From NCBI GenBank assembly GCA_964016885.1, contig OZ024741.1, positions 354,144,001-354,208,000 of the forward strand: a stretch of DNA of 64,000 nucleotides, in the 5' to 3' direction. The notes beneath the pieces are model-generated. The model saw only the letters and a program-made list of their open reading frames with translations. It was not told the origin of the DNA and ran no database searches. Positions within the stretch are counted from its first letter, which is position 1. Every line of letters starts with the position of its first letter. Made by a program: the position numbers and the translations under genes. This DNA comes from Eledone cirrhosa (lineage: Eukaryota). This document shows, in pieces, positions 1 through 13,117 of this stretch.

Positions 1-3000
1 ACCACCAACACCACTATCACACCACTACTACCAACAACACTACCACACCATTACCACCACCAACACTATCACACCACTACCACCAACAACACTACCACAC
101 CACTACCACCAACACCACTATCACACCTCTACCACCAACAACACTATCACACCACTACCACCAACAACACTACCACACCACTACCACCAACAACACTACC
201 ACACCACTACCACCAACACCACTATCACACCACTACCACTAATACCACCACTATCACACCATTACCACCAATAAAACTACCACACCACTACCACCACCAA
301 TAAACCTACCACACCACTACCACCAACACCACTATCACATCACTACCACCAACACCACTATCACACCATTACCACCAACAACACTACCACACCACTACCA
401 CCAACACCACTATCACACCACTACCACCAACACCACTATCACACCACTACCACCAACACCACTACCACCAACACCACTATCACACCAGTACCACCAACAC
501 CACTATCACACCACTACTACCAACACCACTATCACACCACTACCACCAACAACACTACCACACCACTACCACCAACACCACTATCACACCACTACCACCA
601 ACACCACTATCACACCACTACCACCAACAACACCACTACCACACCATTACCACCAACAACACTACCACACCACTACCACCAACACCACTATCACACCACT
701 ACCACCAACACCACTATCACACCACTACCACCAACACCACTACCACCAACACCACTATCACACCAGTACCACCAACACCACTATCACACCACTACTACCA
801 ACACCACTATCACACCACTACCACCAACAACACTACCACACCACTACCACCAACACCACTATCACACCACTACCACCAACACCACTATCACACCACTACC
901 ACCAACACCACTACCACCAACACCACTATCACACCACTACCACCAACAACACTATCACACCACTACCACCAACACCACTATCACACCACTACCACCAACA
1001 CCACTACCACCAACACCACTACCACCAACACCACTATCACACCATTACCACCAACAACATTACCACACCACTACCACCAACACCACTACCACCAACACCA
1101 CTATCACACCATTACCACCAACAACACTACCACACCACTACCACCAACACCACTATCACACCACTACCACCAACAACACTACCACACCACTACCACCAAC
1201 ACCACTATCACACCACTACCACCAACACCACTATCACACCACTACCACCAACACCACTACCACCAACACCACTATCACACCACTACCACCAACAACACTA
1301 TCACACCACTACCACCAACACCACTATCACACCACTACCACCAACACCACTACCACCAACACCACTATCACACCATTACCACCAACAACACTACCACACC
1401 ACTACCACCAACACCACTATCACACCACTACCACCAACAACACTATCACACCACTACCACCAACACCACTATCACACCACTACCACCAACACCACTACCA
1501 CCAACACCACTATCACACCACTACTACCAACAACACTACCACACCATTACCACCACCAACACTATCACACCACTACCACCAACAACACTACCACACCACT
1601 ACCACCAACACCACTACCACACCACTACCACCAACAACACTACCACAACACTACCACCAACACCACTATCACACCACTACCACCAACACCACTATCACAC
1701 CACTACCACCAACACCACTATCACACCACTACCACCAACACCACTACCACCAACACCACTATCACACCACTACCACCAACACCACTATCACACCACTACC
1801 ACCAACACCACTACCACCAACACCACTATCACACCACTACCACCAACAACACTATCACACCACTACCACCAACACCACTATCACACCAGTACCACCAACA
1901 ACACTACCACACCACTACCACCAACAACACTACCACACCACTACCACCAACACCACTATCACACCACTACCACTAATACCACCACTACCACACCACTACC
2001 ACCAACAACACTACCACACCACTACCACCAACAACACCACTACCACACCACTACCATAAATACCACTACCACACCACTACCGCCACCAACAACACTATCA
2101 CACCACTACCACCAACACCACTACCACACCACTACAACCAACACCACTATCGCACCACTACTACCAACAACACTACCACACCATTACCACCACCAACACT
2201 ATCACACCACTACCACCAACAACACTACCACACCACTACCACCAACACCACTACCACACCACTACCACCAACAACACTACCACAACACTACCACCAACAC
2301 CACTATCACACCACTACCACCAACACCACTATCACACCACTACCACCAACACCACTACCACCAACACCACTATCACACCACTACCACCAACAACACTATC
2401 ACACCACTACCACCAACACCACTATCACACCACTACCACCAACACCACTATCACACCATTACCACCAACAACACTACCACACCACTACCACCAACACCAT
2501 TATCACACCACTATCACACCACTACCACCAACACCACTACCATCAACACCACTATCACACCAGTACCACCAACACCACTATCACACCACTACCACTAATA
2601 CCACCACTATCACACCACTACCACCAACAACACTATCACACCACTACTACCACCAACAACACTATCACACCACTACCACCAACACCACTATCACACCACT
2701 ACCACCAACACCACTATCACACCATTACCACCAACAACACTACCACACCACTACCACCAACACCACTATCACACCACTACCACCAACACCACTATCACAC
2801 CACTACCACCAACACCACTACCACCAACACCACTACCACCAACACCACTATCACACCACTACCACCAACAACACTACCACACCACTACCACCAACACCAC
2901 TATCACACCACTACCACCAACACCACTATCACACCACTACCACCAACACCACTACCACCAACACCACTATCACACCACTACCACCCACACCACTATCACA

Positions 3001-4410
3001 CCACTACCACCAACACCACTATCACACCACTACCACCAACACCACTATCACACCAGTACCACCAACACCACTATCACACCACTACCACCAACACCACTAT
3101 CACACCACTACCACCAACACCACTATCACACCACTACCACCAACACCACTACCACAACACTACCACCAACAACACTACCACACCACTACCACCAACACCA
3201 CTATCACACCACTACCACCAACAACACTACCACACCACTACTACCAACACCACTATCACACCACTACCACCAACACCACTATCACACCACTACCACCAAC
3301 ACCACTATCACACCACTACCACCAACACCACTATCACACCACTACCACCAACACCACTATCACAAACAACACTACCACACCATTACCACCAACACCACTA
3401 TCACACCACTTCCACCAACACCACTATCACACCACTACTACCAACACCACTATCACACCACTACCACCAACAACACTACCACACCACTACCACCAACACC
3501 ACTATCACACCACTACCACCAACACCACTATCACACCACTACCACCAACACCACTATCACACCACTACCACCAACACCACTATCACAAACAACACTACCA
3601 CACCACTACCACCAACACCACTATCACACCACTACCACCAACACCACTATCACACCACTACCACCAACACCACTATCTCACCACTACCACCAACACCACT
3701 ATCACACCACTACCACCAACACCACTATCACACCACTACCACCAACACCACTATCACAAACAACACTACCACACCACTACCACCAACACCACTATCACAC
3801 CACTACCACCAACACCACTATCACACCACTACCACCAACACCACTATCACACCACTACCACCAACACCACTATCACACCACTACTACCAACACCACTATC
3901 ACACCATTACCACCAACAACACTATCTCACCACTACCACCAACACCACTATCACACCACTACCACCAACAACACTATCACACCACTACCACCAACACCAC
4001 TATCACACCACTACCACCAACACCACTATCACACCACTACCACCAACACCACTATCACACCACTACCACCAACACCACTACCACCAACACCACTATCACA
4101 CCAGTACCACCAACACCACTATCACACCACTACCACCAACACCACTATCACACCACTACCACCAACACCACTATCACACCACTACCACCAACACCACTAT
4201 CACACCACTACCACCAACACCACTACCACCAACACCACTATCACACCACTACCACCAACACCACTATCACACCACTACCACCAACACCACTATCACACCA
4301 CTACCACCAACACCACTATCACACCACTACCACCAACACCACTACTACCAACACCACTATCACACCACTACCACCAACACCACTATCACACCACTACCAC
4401 CAACACCAAC
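1..4410. repeat. Minisatellite array, ~26-bp unit ACCACTACCACCAACACCACTATCAC with shorter variants; truncated by window start
   Basis: Continuous tandem reiteration visible in the sequence; almost no G on the + strand. Confidence 0.97.
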
Positions 4411-5779
4411 ATCATAGGTCTGCTGTGTAGGGTCTAAATACAGACAAAATTGGAATGGAATGGAAATGGACATCCGTCGGTTTTGACGGTGAGTTTTCCA
4501 GCTGATCGATCAACAGACCAGCCTGCTCCTGAAATTAACTCGCAAGTTCCTAAACATTCCACTGACATATACACTCTTAACGTAATTCTAAGGGAGATTC
4601 AGCTTGATGCAGTGTGTGACAAGGTTGCCATGTTGAATTACAGGTATTGCGCCTCCAACGGACTTCCAAACAGTCTCCATCAACCCAAATTCACTCACCA
4701 AGTATGGCTAGATAGCATAGTATGTTAGTGTAGTGTTGTACTTTTATATATATACACTTCCATTAGAGGGTTATCACAGCTTCTATGATGATGCAATTGT
4801 AACCTAAGCAAACATGAAAGAACAGCCGAACTCCCACTGTCAACCCCTCGATCTCTCTGGCCCTCCCCATCTCTCGGTATGGTGAGTAAATGATAGTATG
4901 GCTTCACACAAGATTATGGTTTATGACCCTTGCTCAAGATGCCACGCAGTTAGATCGAACCCGGAACTTAATGACTGCGAAACGAATTATTTAAGCATTT
5001 GGCCACAATGCCTCCACAATTTTTTTATTTCTTCCCTTTCGAAAAAACAAACAATATTGTATATATTTTTTAGCTCGTTATCACTCTGATAAATATTTAT
5101 CTATTATTTAGTATTTACTTTTACAAAACATGGTGAAAATAAACGAGGGAAATGTGTGGTTTCACGATATCTCAAGCGAGATCTCAGCCCGGTTTTATGT
5201 GTCTGTGTATATATATATGTGTGTGTGGGTGTATATATATTTATATATATATATATATGTGTGTGTGGGTGGGTGGGTATATATATATGTGTGTGTGCAT
5301 GTTTGTGAATGTATATCTTTTCGTTTGTGTCTGATTTGCTCAATAATTCCAAACGAACACCTACAAAAGCATATATATTGTTATATTCTATCTCATGCTG
5401 AATATTCATATGCCATTTATTTGAATTTATAGAACAAAGCTACATTATTTCTTCCAGTTATCGACACATCCTTCTGTCATTGGGGATGTTTCTATTCATA
5501 CATCTGCCTCAATGTCAAACTCGTAAATACTTTGTTAAGGTAATATATCTTTCATGGTTGGTCCCATAGCTATGACGGGAACACTTCCCAGACAAATTTT
5601 AATCACTTACTTTCGTTCAATAATTTCCTTTGTGACTCGACAGAAATAGTAAGAGGGTCGGGAAAGATCTTAGCGAGTCCTCGAGTTTATCAACTGATTA
5701 CTCTCAATGCCAGTACACCAATTGGCAGGAGAGTATACAAAGAAACATTTGAGTTCTGTACACTCTCTTCTTATACATT

Positions 5780-5996
5780 AGGACAGTGTGTTGGCAGAAT
5801 TGTTAGAGCGTCAGACGAAATGTTTTGCGGCATTTAGTTACGGCTCTTTACGTTCTGAGTGCAAATCCCGCCGAGGTCAACTTTGCCGTTCATCCTTCCA
5901 GGATCGATAAAATAAAGTACCATTCAAGTACTGGAGTCGGTTTAGTCGACTTCCTCTCGACCCAAGTTGCTGGCCTTGGGCCGAAATTAGAAACCA
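5780..5996 (+). mobile_element. tRNA-derived SINE (family A)
   Basis: TGGCAG A-box-like head, degenerate B-box GTGCAAATC, core TTTGCCnTTCATCCTT..GATCGATAAAATAAAGTACC; many similar copies in the window. Confidence 0.8.
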
Positions 5997-6739
5997 TATA
6001 TACATATATATATAAAGAGAGAGAGAGAAGGTAGTAGGATAGAGGGAGATGGGGAGAGAGAGGGGAGAGAGAGAGGGCAGAGCGAGAGAAAGGGCAGAGG
6101 GAAGGAGAGATGGAGAGATAGATAGATATATACCAGCACCATACATATATAAATATATATTAATACGATGGCCGTGGTTTTGAGTGCAAGCCAAATTGAA
6201 ATGAAATTATATCAACTATGACTTAATCAATTTAAAAAATTTGCTTTATGTACATCTCTTTAAGATTTGTAGAAACTAGTAGCAAGACTAATTGGATTAT
6301 ATTTAAAAGAAGCGGTGTGAAGATATCCATCGATATATGACTGCGTCTGTTGACCCAGACATCGGTCGTTTTTTAATTGGATTTATGTCAAAGCTGAATA
6401 TACAGCAAGTTCACTTTCTCCGTCCATTGGACCAATATGATCGAACAACGACAAGAACAAAAATAAGTAGTCACACCGGTGCGTGCTTTCCACTTCAATT
6501 TTTATCTATCTATTTATTGTTTCATATATTTTCATTTCATACTAATTTTACATTTTTTTGTTTGTGTTTCAGAATCTATATTAATAATATTTTTGATAAA
6601 TTCTTCGGAAGAGCGTAACGTTAGTAGATGTTTAAAATCAAAATTTATTTTCCTATTTACTACAATATATCACAGTAGCCTATAATTATTCTTCAAATAT
6701 ATATAAATTATATAGATACATACATAATGGCTGCATTAC

Positions 6740-7090
6740 ACTTTCCAGAATTGCCATCGCTTGACCTTTTTCTCATACATGGGTGGCTCGAACATGACAT
6801 TTTAGCCCTACCAAGGCCGGCCGTAGATTCCTTTCTACGTATGCTGAGAGAAAGAAAAAAGAAAAAGCCATGTTCACACAACGCATGTGAAAGTCGTTTA
6901 GATTAAGTGATGCCTGTGCTTGAAGCATTTTTAAGTGAAGAAAGTCCTTATACTGGACCAACCCCACTCTCTGAACAATGGTGACAGGTCAACATCATTA
7001 GCTGCTATCGAGTCGCAGGTTTTACATCAGTTTTCCTTCTAGAATGATGTCCTAATAAGAACTAGGGGTTTCTCACTCCCAGTGGGCTAA
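6740..7090 (-). mobile_element. Unclassified interspersed repeat; inverted homologue at ~20455-20790
   Basis: Shared segments, e.g. GCACAGGCATCACTT.ATCTAA..ACTTTCA, in opposite orientation at the two loci. Confidence 0.65.
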
Positions 7091-7144
7091 CCTCGCTCTT
7101 GGGCACCGAAACGAGTAATTGGATGTCCCCGCGCATACATACAT

Positions 7145-7570
7145 AGATATGTTGTTTGGGACCACACATTGAAAACGTGCTCTGCTGTAGAGATCAGTTG
7201 CCCACATGATGTCAACGTTGTAAGAAAAAAAAAGGAGGACATCTACGGACCATTGATGAGGAGTTTGCAGATCCAGTATCCAAGACACACTTTCAGCTTC
7301 ATACCCATGATTATTGGAGCTACCGGTTATATACCAACCCACTTGGACCAAAGTATAACTGAACATGGAGTTGTGGACAAAGAGCGCAGCTCCCTAATTC
7401 ATAGACTCAAATGGCTGCGATAGCTGGCACCTTCAAAATTTGCAAAACATTCTTGCGATTCAAGGGATGACAATTTCTTTTCTTTAACAAACTTGCCACC
7501 AGGAAGGTGGCCAGTCAAAAATGTACTCGAAATTAAGAGAAAGAGAAACACATACATACATGCATACATA
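7145..7570 (+). mobile_element. 3' end of an R4/Dong-like non-LTR retrotransposon (restriction-like endonuclease C-terminus) with (CATA)n tail
   Basis: Translation VEISCPHDVNV..K..IYGPLMRSLQIQYP..F.FIPMIIGATGYIP..., then GTFKICKTFL after a frameshift; clade assignment from recalled family motifs. Confidence 0.7.
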
Positions 7571-8832
7571 CGAGGGTGTTTCAGTTTGTAAAACTATCGC
7601 CAATCTTCTCATGTCGATTACGCCTGTATTTGAGTTAATGAAATAACGAAATATGCTGAATTATCGGTCATTTGAATAATAATTAAAAGTTGCACACATT
7701 CACAACTTTTTATTTATGGCGGCTTTTGGACATGGCCTGTGGTATATTGTCCTTTCTATTCACTTTACTGAATCTACTGAGGAAACCAAACGACAAAACG
7801 AAGTGAAGTGAAAATAAGCAGGAGGAATATGTTCTAAATACACAATAATATTGAGGTTTAATAGAGAAAACCTTTTTTAGTTAAATGTATTATGGGGAAT
7901 GGCGCCCTTTGTTCTTTCTTACTTTCATATCGTGAATCTTCTTTTCTTTCTTCTAAATGGCTCTCACATGTTCTGCATCAACACCAGTCATGAATGAAGA
8001 CATCCGATCTTCCTACAGTATTTTAAGGAAAGCTTTGTCATCAGATGGAACATCATTTTGTTCGAGAACATTGTGGGTTGCAATGTCAAAAATTTCCTTA
8101 AGATCATTTTTCCAAATTTCACATTTTGCAATTGTTTTGTCTGTCATTCTTGATTTTTCTGTTTTCAGTCCTTGATACTCATTATACAATTTCTCGATCG
8201 AAGTGCAGATGTCTTTTTTTCCGCTTTAATTGGGATATTTGCTTTTCAGCACAATTCCTGAATCTTCTGGCTAGTGTATTTTACAGCAACTGATATTGTC
8301 TCCCTTAGTTTGATGTGATGGCCGAGAAAATACAAGAGCACTTGTTGTTTGTGGGGGAGTTATGTCTGAGGTAACTTCCACTCGGGCTTTTTCTCAAGTA
8401 GCTAAATGGCCGTTCTAGTTTCCATTTTCTTATTCACTGCGAAAGATGAAAAGCCAAATCAATCAATCAGTTTTATTTTAACGAGTCTTTGGGTTCTTTC
8501 ATTGCTATGAAAAACAACTGAAAGGAAAATTATTTCGTAACTTTATAACAATGGATGAATCTTGACGAAAACCAGCGTGTTCACTACTCGCTAACAAAAC
8601 CAAGCATTGAACCAACAAAGTAATAAACCTTACATTAGAACCTTATTGTTAACTCATTATCTTGTTGACAAATATCGAAAAGCTCATTTAAAAAGCACCA
8701 AACTGTGCAACCCCTAAATATATTTGTATATATTCACCTGTGTAGCTTTTATGTGAAATCAATTCAGGGCGCAATCGACATGAGATGAGTCCAACAAAAT
8801 AAATTTTACCCTATAAATATGAAACACTCCTA
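7571..8832 (-). mobile_element. Decayed DNA transposon with long imperfect TIRs and a transposase N-terminal remnant; superfamily uncertain
   Basis: Inverted matches GAGGGTGTTTCA/TGAAACACTCCT and CTCATGTCGATTACGCCTG/CAGGGCGCAATCGACATGAG; frameshifted minus-strand peptide LPHKQQVLLYF..KANIP..KLYNEYQGLK..IFDIA..DDKAFL..MTGVD. Confidence 0.65.
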
Positions 8833-9340
8833 CATAATTAAATAAAGATAAAAATAAAAATGCCGTAGGCTTTACAATACAACGGGGGGAAACATAATAG
8901 TACCACTGGTGATGTCACAGATGTGTGACGAAAGAACTTTGATAGACTATATATATATATGTGTGTGTGTGTGTATTTTTAACCGTTGGTCAATCAATGA
9001 TAAACATTGATTGCCAGATAGATTAACTATGGAGATATAAAAGATGCAGAAGCGAAAACCAGCCCAAACCAAACAGTGACTGCGTTTTATTATTATTTCT
9101 GGCAAAATTATAACAATATGATTAAGTTAAGAATGTACATCCACATATGTATACTGAAATACTAGTATGCATATGAATACACACACGTGTACATATGTAG
9201 ATGTACCGAGTTTTTCACTGGTCACTTTACTGTGAGTGTCCAGCTATTCTGTATGTAAACACACAGACAAACCGGTTTTTAGAGTCATACTGGTTTTTGA
9301 GGAAACACCTTTCCTCTATTCTCCAGAAAGCCAGACAAGG

Positions 9341-9385
9341 AATATTGGACTAGTTTCGATGTTGTTACATCTCATCAGCAATATT
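9341..9385 (-). ncRNA. Minimal type I hammerhead ribozyme (mirror copy in left arm)
   Basis: Exact reverse complement of 9666-9710. Confidence 0.88.
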
Positions 9386-9665
9386 TACCCATCTTCCGGC
9401 CTTTCTAGAGAATCGTAAAAGCACATATCGTTATATGCTTTTTCTATGAAAATTAGTAGTGGGCAGACTAATTTGCATAGAGCGTGAGTACGTACCGGTT
9501 CAACGCAAAATTTAATTTCGTTTCGTTATTTGTTTTTATCGTCTCCGTTGAACCGGTACGTACTCACGCTCTATGCAAATTAGTCTGCCCACTACTAATT
9601 TTCATAGAAAAAGCATATAACGATATGTGCTTTTACGATTCTCTAGAAAGGCCGGAAGATGGGTA

Positions 9666-9710
9666 AATATTGCTGATGAGATGTAACAACATCGAAACTA
9701 GTCCAATATT
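9666..9710 (+). ncRNA. Minimal type I hammerhead ribozyme
   Basis: Stem I AATATTG/CAATATT, core CTGATGA, stem II GATGT-aaca-ACATC, GAAA, palindromic stem III region ACTAGT, GTC cleavage triplet ending at 9703. Confidence 0.88.
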
Positions 9711-10029
9711 CCTTGTCTGGCTTTCTGGAGAATAGAGGAAAGGTGTTTCCTCAAAAACCAGTATGACTCTAAAAACCGGTTTGTCTGTGTGTTTACATAC
9801 AGAATAGCTGGACACTCACAGTAAAGTGACCAGTGAAAAACTCGGTACATCTACATATGTACACGTGTGTGTATTCATATGCATACTAGTATTTCAGTAT
9901 ACATATGTGGATGTACATTCTTAACTTAATTGTTTAAGCGTCAGTCATACAAAAGTGAGTTACAAACGAAACAAAATTTAATTTCGTTTCGTTATTTGTT
10001 TTTATAACAATATGACCCTCCCCAAATAT

Positions 10030-10134
<105 letters not shown>

Positions 10135-10268
10135 AGTTGTTGTATGGCTGCAATAAATGCGTTCGTAGGCGGTATGCCGTTTGAACACTCGATGCTCACG
10201 CAGAGCAGAGTATATTATGATAGATAACGAGGAATCAGTGCTGCATCAAAACACAATTTAGATTACAT

Positions 10269-10424
10269 GTTTCTCCGACGATCAGCTCAAGGCAGGATCT
10301 ATTACAGATCGATCTGATGCGGATGAAATGCTTTGAAAGCGCAAAACATATCTGAGAACCTTGCGAATGTAGAGTCAGGTTCGATCTGTAATAGATTCTG
10401 CCTTGAGCTGATCGTCGGAGAAAC
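10269..10424. repeat. Inverted repeat, ~44-bp arms, ~68-bp spacer
   Basis: GTTTCTCCGACGATCAGCTCAAGGCAG(G/A)ATCTATTACAGATCGA present in both orientations, 1 mismatch. Confidence 0.9.
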
Positions 10425-10425
10425 C

Positions 10426-10427
<2 letters not shown>

Positions 10428-10508
<81 letters not shown>
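10428..10508. repeat. (TA)n microsatellite
   Basis: Direct observation. Confidence 0.95.
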
Positions 10509-10511
<3 letters not shown>

Positions 10512-11404
10512 TTATGATATATAGCTCTGATTGTTTAATTTATTAATTTTTCATTGAGCCACAAAGTGACCGGTTGCAAAACACGTATATGTATGTGTAT
10601 GTATATATATATGTAAACTTTTATATGTAATAATCTCCCACTAGGTTGAGATACAAATTTGGCTGTATTGTGCTGTGCTTTCTAGCAAAAATGCCACCAG
10701 TCGTAAGCAACTACCACACCCCTTCCAACTTGACCGCGACTACGTCACGATATTTAGCCATTTTGAAATGAATTCTTGGCGCGATCGTTTTGGAAAATTT
10801 AATGTCTAGATATGAGCGAGCTTCCTGAAGAATCCGGCGCTCGAGTTTATATAATTATTACATAATTATTGGAAAACTCAAAACACGGACGAAACCATGG
10901 TAGAGGTATTTAAATGTATTCTATTTTCTCCTAGTTTATTTTAAACCTAATTCTGCTTAGTTGACTGTATCTAGGCGATTACGCTGTCGAAATATTCGAT
11001 AAATACTCCGCTACGGCCGACGCGAAGCGCTAGTTTTGGTTATTTGTTGGAGATTCCTTCATAGAAGCCTCATTCGTATAGCCTGGTCTATTCGATTTTT
11101 TATATAGTTAATTATGCTAATTGGGAGAGGAAATAGTATATATTTTATCTTGTGATTCTATAGACATGTTTTATATATATATAATATAACGTAACTGGAT
11201 CTCTGTCTGTTTTTAATATGTGTATTCAGTATTATTAATTGCTTGCTTAATAATTATAATGAATTTAAACATTGGATGTTTGTCTTGAGAAGCATTAGAA
11301 TTAAGCTAATGGGTTTTCTCCTCACTACAAGTGTAATTTAAAATAATTGAAAAGTCTGTGCAGACCAAAAGATGTTGTTGTCACCAGATTTCGAAAATCA
11401 GCAA

Positions 11405-11770
11405 ATCATTCTCTCCAGCCTCACGTGGATGCATCTCTCTACAGGGAGAATCTCAGATGCATTTCTGATAGCAGACGTGGAAGGGGATTTTTTTATTACG
11501 AATTCGGCGGATAGTTTGCCAAAATGCTATATTTGCTGATCTAAAATCAGATTCTAGCGTAATCTTTATGTCCTCCCATGTCTTAACCTTCGGCTCATTT
11601 ACTGTTACTGCTATTACTTTTCGCTCCTGCTTGTACCGGGTGTGCAAGAAAGAAAACTTATTTCCAAGTCAAGCTTTGTACTCCTCCTTCTCTACCTTTT
11701 CAACCTCCTGATTGAACAAGGAAATCTTCCTGCCACTCGGTGCCATACCGAGCCCCTTTCGCCGCAGCAT
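11405..11770 (-). mobile_element. RTE-clade LINE fragment (Rex3/Expander-like, region between endonuclease and RT)
   Basis: KVKTWEDIKITLESDFRSANIAFWQTIRRIR resembles the Rex3/Expander motif WEEFGEAMEKDFRSASKRFWQTIRRLR. Confidence 0.7.
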
Positions 11771-11896
11771 TTAACAAACTGAACGAGAAACAAAATAACC
11801 TCTTCCCGCGCTCAAATTTCCTAGTATTAAAAGCAGACAGAACCATTAATCCTTTGATGCCAACCCGCCCAAAACTGCCTTTGTCTCAGTGAAACA

Positions 11897-12062
11897 CAGA
11901 CCTGCCAACCTCTAAATACCCAAACGGGGAGTACTATGAAAAAAGTACCCCAAAAAGGGGATAATAAAAGCTATACCCATTTCCACAAGAGAAGACATCT
12001 CTCACCGACCCCAAATTGGGTGGGAGATCTCCGCGTCGGACGGGGGAGAGTTGACAGGTCTG
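11897..12062. mobile_element. MITE, TIR CAGACCTG(C/T)CAAC, 6-bp TSD GAAACA
   Basis: TIRs begin at 11897 and end at 12062; GAAACA at 11891-11896 and 12063-12068. Confidence 0.8.
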
Positions 12063-12607
12063 GAAACATAACATTTTTAAAGGGTACCTATTGAAAATAA
12101 AACTTTCCAAAATAACTTTATCTAAGAACATTTTATTATGTTACATAAAACAATAATTATTTTCAAATTCTTCATTAATAAATTATAATACTAAGAGTAC
12201 GGTAACGAACGGGTTAACTATTCACTTTCCTAAATATTGATTTTGAAGGGTAAGTCAATAAAGACTTCCCATGTAAAAGTAGCTTGCTTTGTGTTTTGAT
12301 TTCTATTGAATTCGCCGTCGTTTTTACTATATTTGGGAACCTAGGATAAGTACGCATTGTCTAGCGATATATCAGTTTGTGTGTATGGATCACTGTGATG
12401 TCTGTTCTGTATACAAACATACCGTTTCCTTTGATAAACACTCTCTAAGAATCTATTTATTTTTGTCGTTATTATTTATCTACACCTCGTGACCTTTCTC
12501 ACTCACTCTATCTATTTCTCTTCACTCTCTTTACGCACACACAGACACATTATATATATATATATATACTTAATACATTATTACACAGACACATATATTT
12601 ATATATT

Positions 12608-12707
<100 letters not shown>

Positions 12708-12931
12708 TACATATACATATTATTACATATTATATATTACATAATTGCATATATGTATCTGTATAAATACAGAGTCTGTAACCGCGACTGCACCAAAGTG
12801 TATAAATATATACACAAATCTATATTTATACACATTGGCGCAGTCTCGATTATACACTCCGTATTTATACAGATTTAAATTTATCATACACTTCAGCTGT
12901 TAGGGCACTAATTACGCATGACCGCTAATTA

Positions 12932-13117
12932 CCGTATTTCCCGGCGTCGAAGACGCTACTTTTTTCCTAAAATAAGTCTCAAAATTCTACCATGCATCCT
13001 GGAGGCCGAAGATTTTGTTTTGTTTGTTTTTTGTTTTGTTTTTTTCTTCCAATTTTTGGTTGTCAAAATTAGGGTGCGTCCTCGAGGACGAACCGTCTTC
13101 GGCGCCGGGAAATATGG
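12932..13117. mobile_element. Tc1/mariner-superfamily MITE with TA TSD
   Basis: TA|CCGTATTTCCCGGCGTCGAAGACG ... CGTCTTCGGCGCCGGGAAATATGG|TA. Confidence 0.85.

Larger units (their letters stand above)
9121..10001. mobile_element. Non-autonomous Penelope-like/retrozyme insertion: 385-bp inverted repeat (9121-9505 / 9546-9930), 34-nt terminal redundancy, 14-bp TSD
   Basis: Arms are reverse complements with no mismatch found by eye. TTATAACAATATGA occurs at 9108-9121 and 10002-10015. Segment 9506-9539 equals 9972-10005. Each arm has a hammerhead. Confidence 0.8.

Noticed and set aside
1-4410. Mucin-like Thr/Pro/His-rich ORF or telomere
   Set aside because: The 26-bp unit cycles through reading frames, there is no start or splice support, and it is not a TTAGGG-type repeat
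5104-5432. YI/CV/TH-rich ORFs here and at 10002, 12489, 18369, 22695, 42842 and 43833
   Set aside because: Translations of (TA)n/(CA)n microsatellites
9236-9815. Two identical 60-aa ORFs as duplicated genes
   Set aside because: They are mirror images produced by the inverted repeat, start at GTG and show no recognisable protein motif
10620-11300. CpG-containing stretch with TACGTCAC and GCCATTTT motifs as a promoter or solo LTR
   Set aside because: No associated gene, paired LTR, PBS or TSD could be identified
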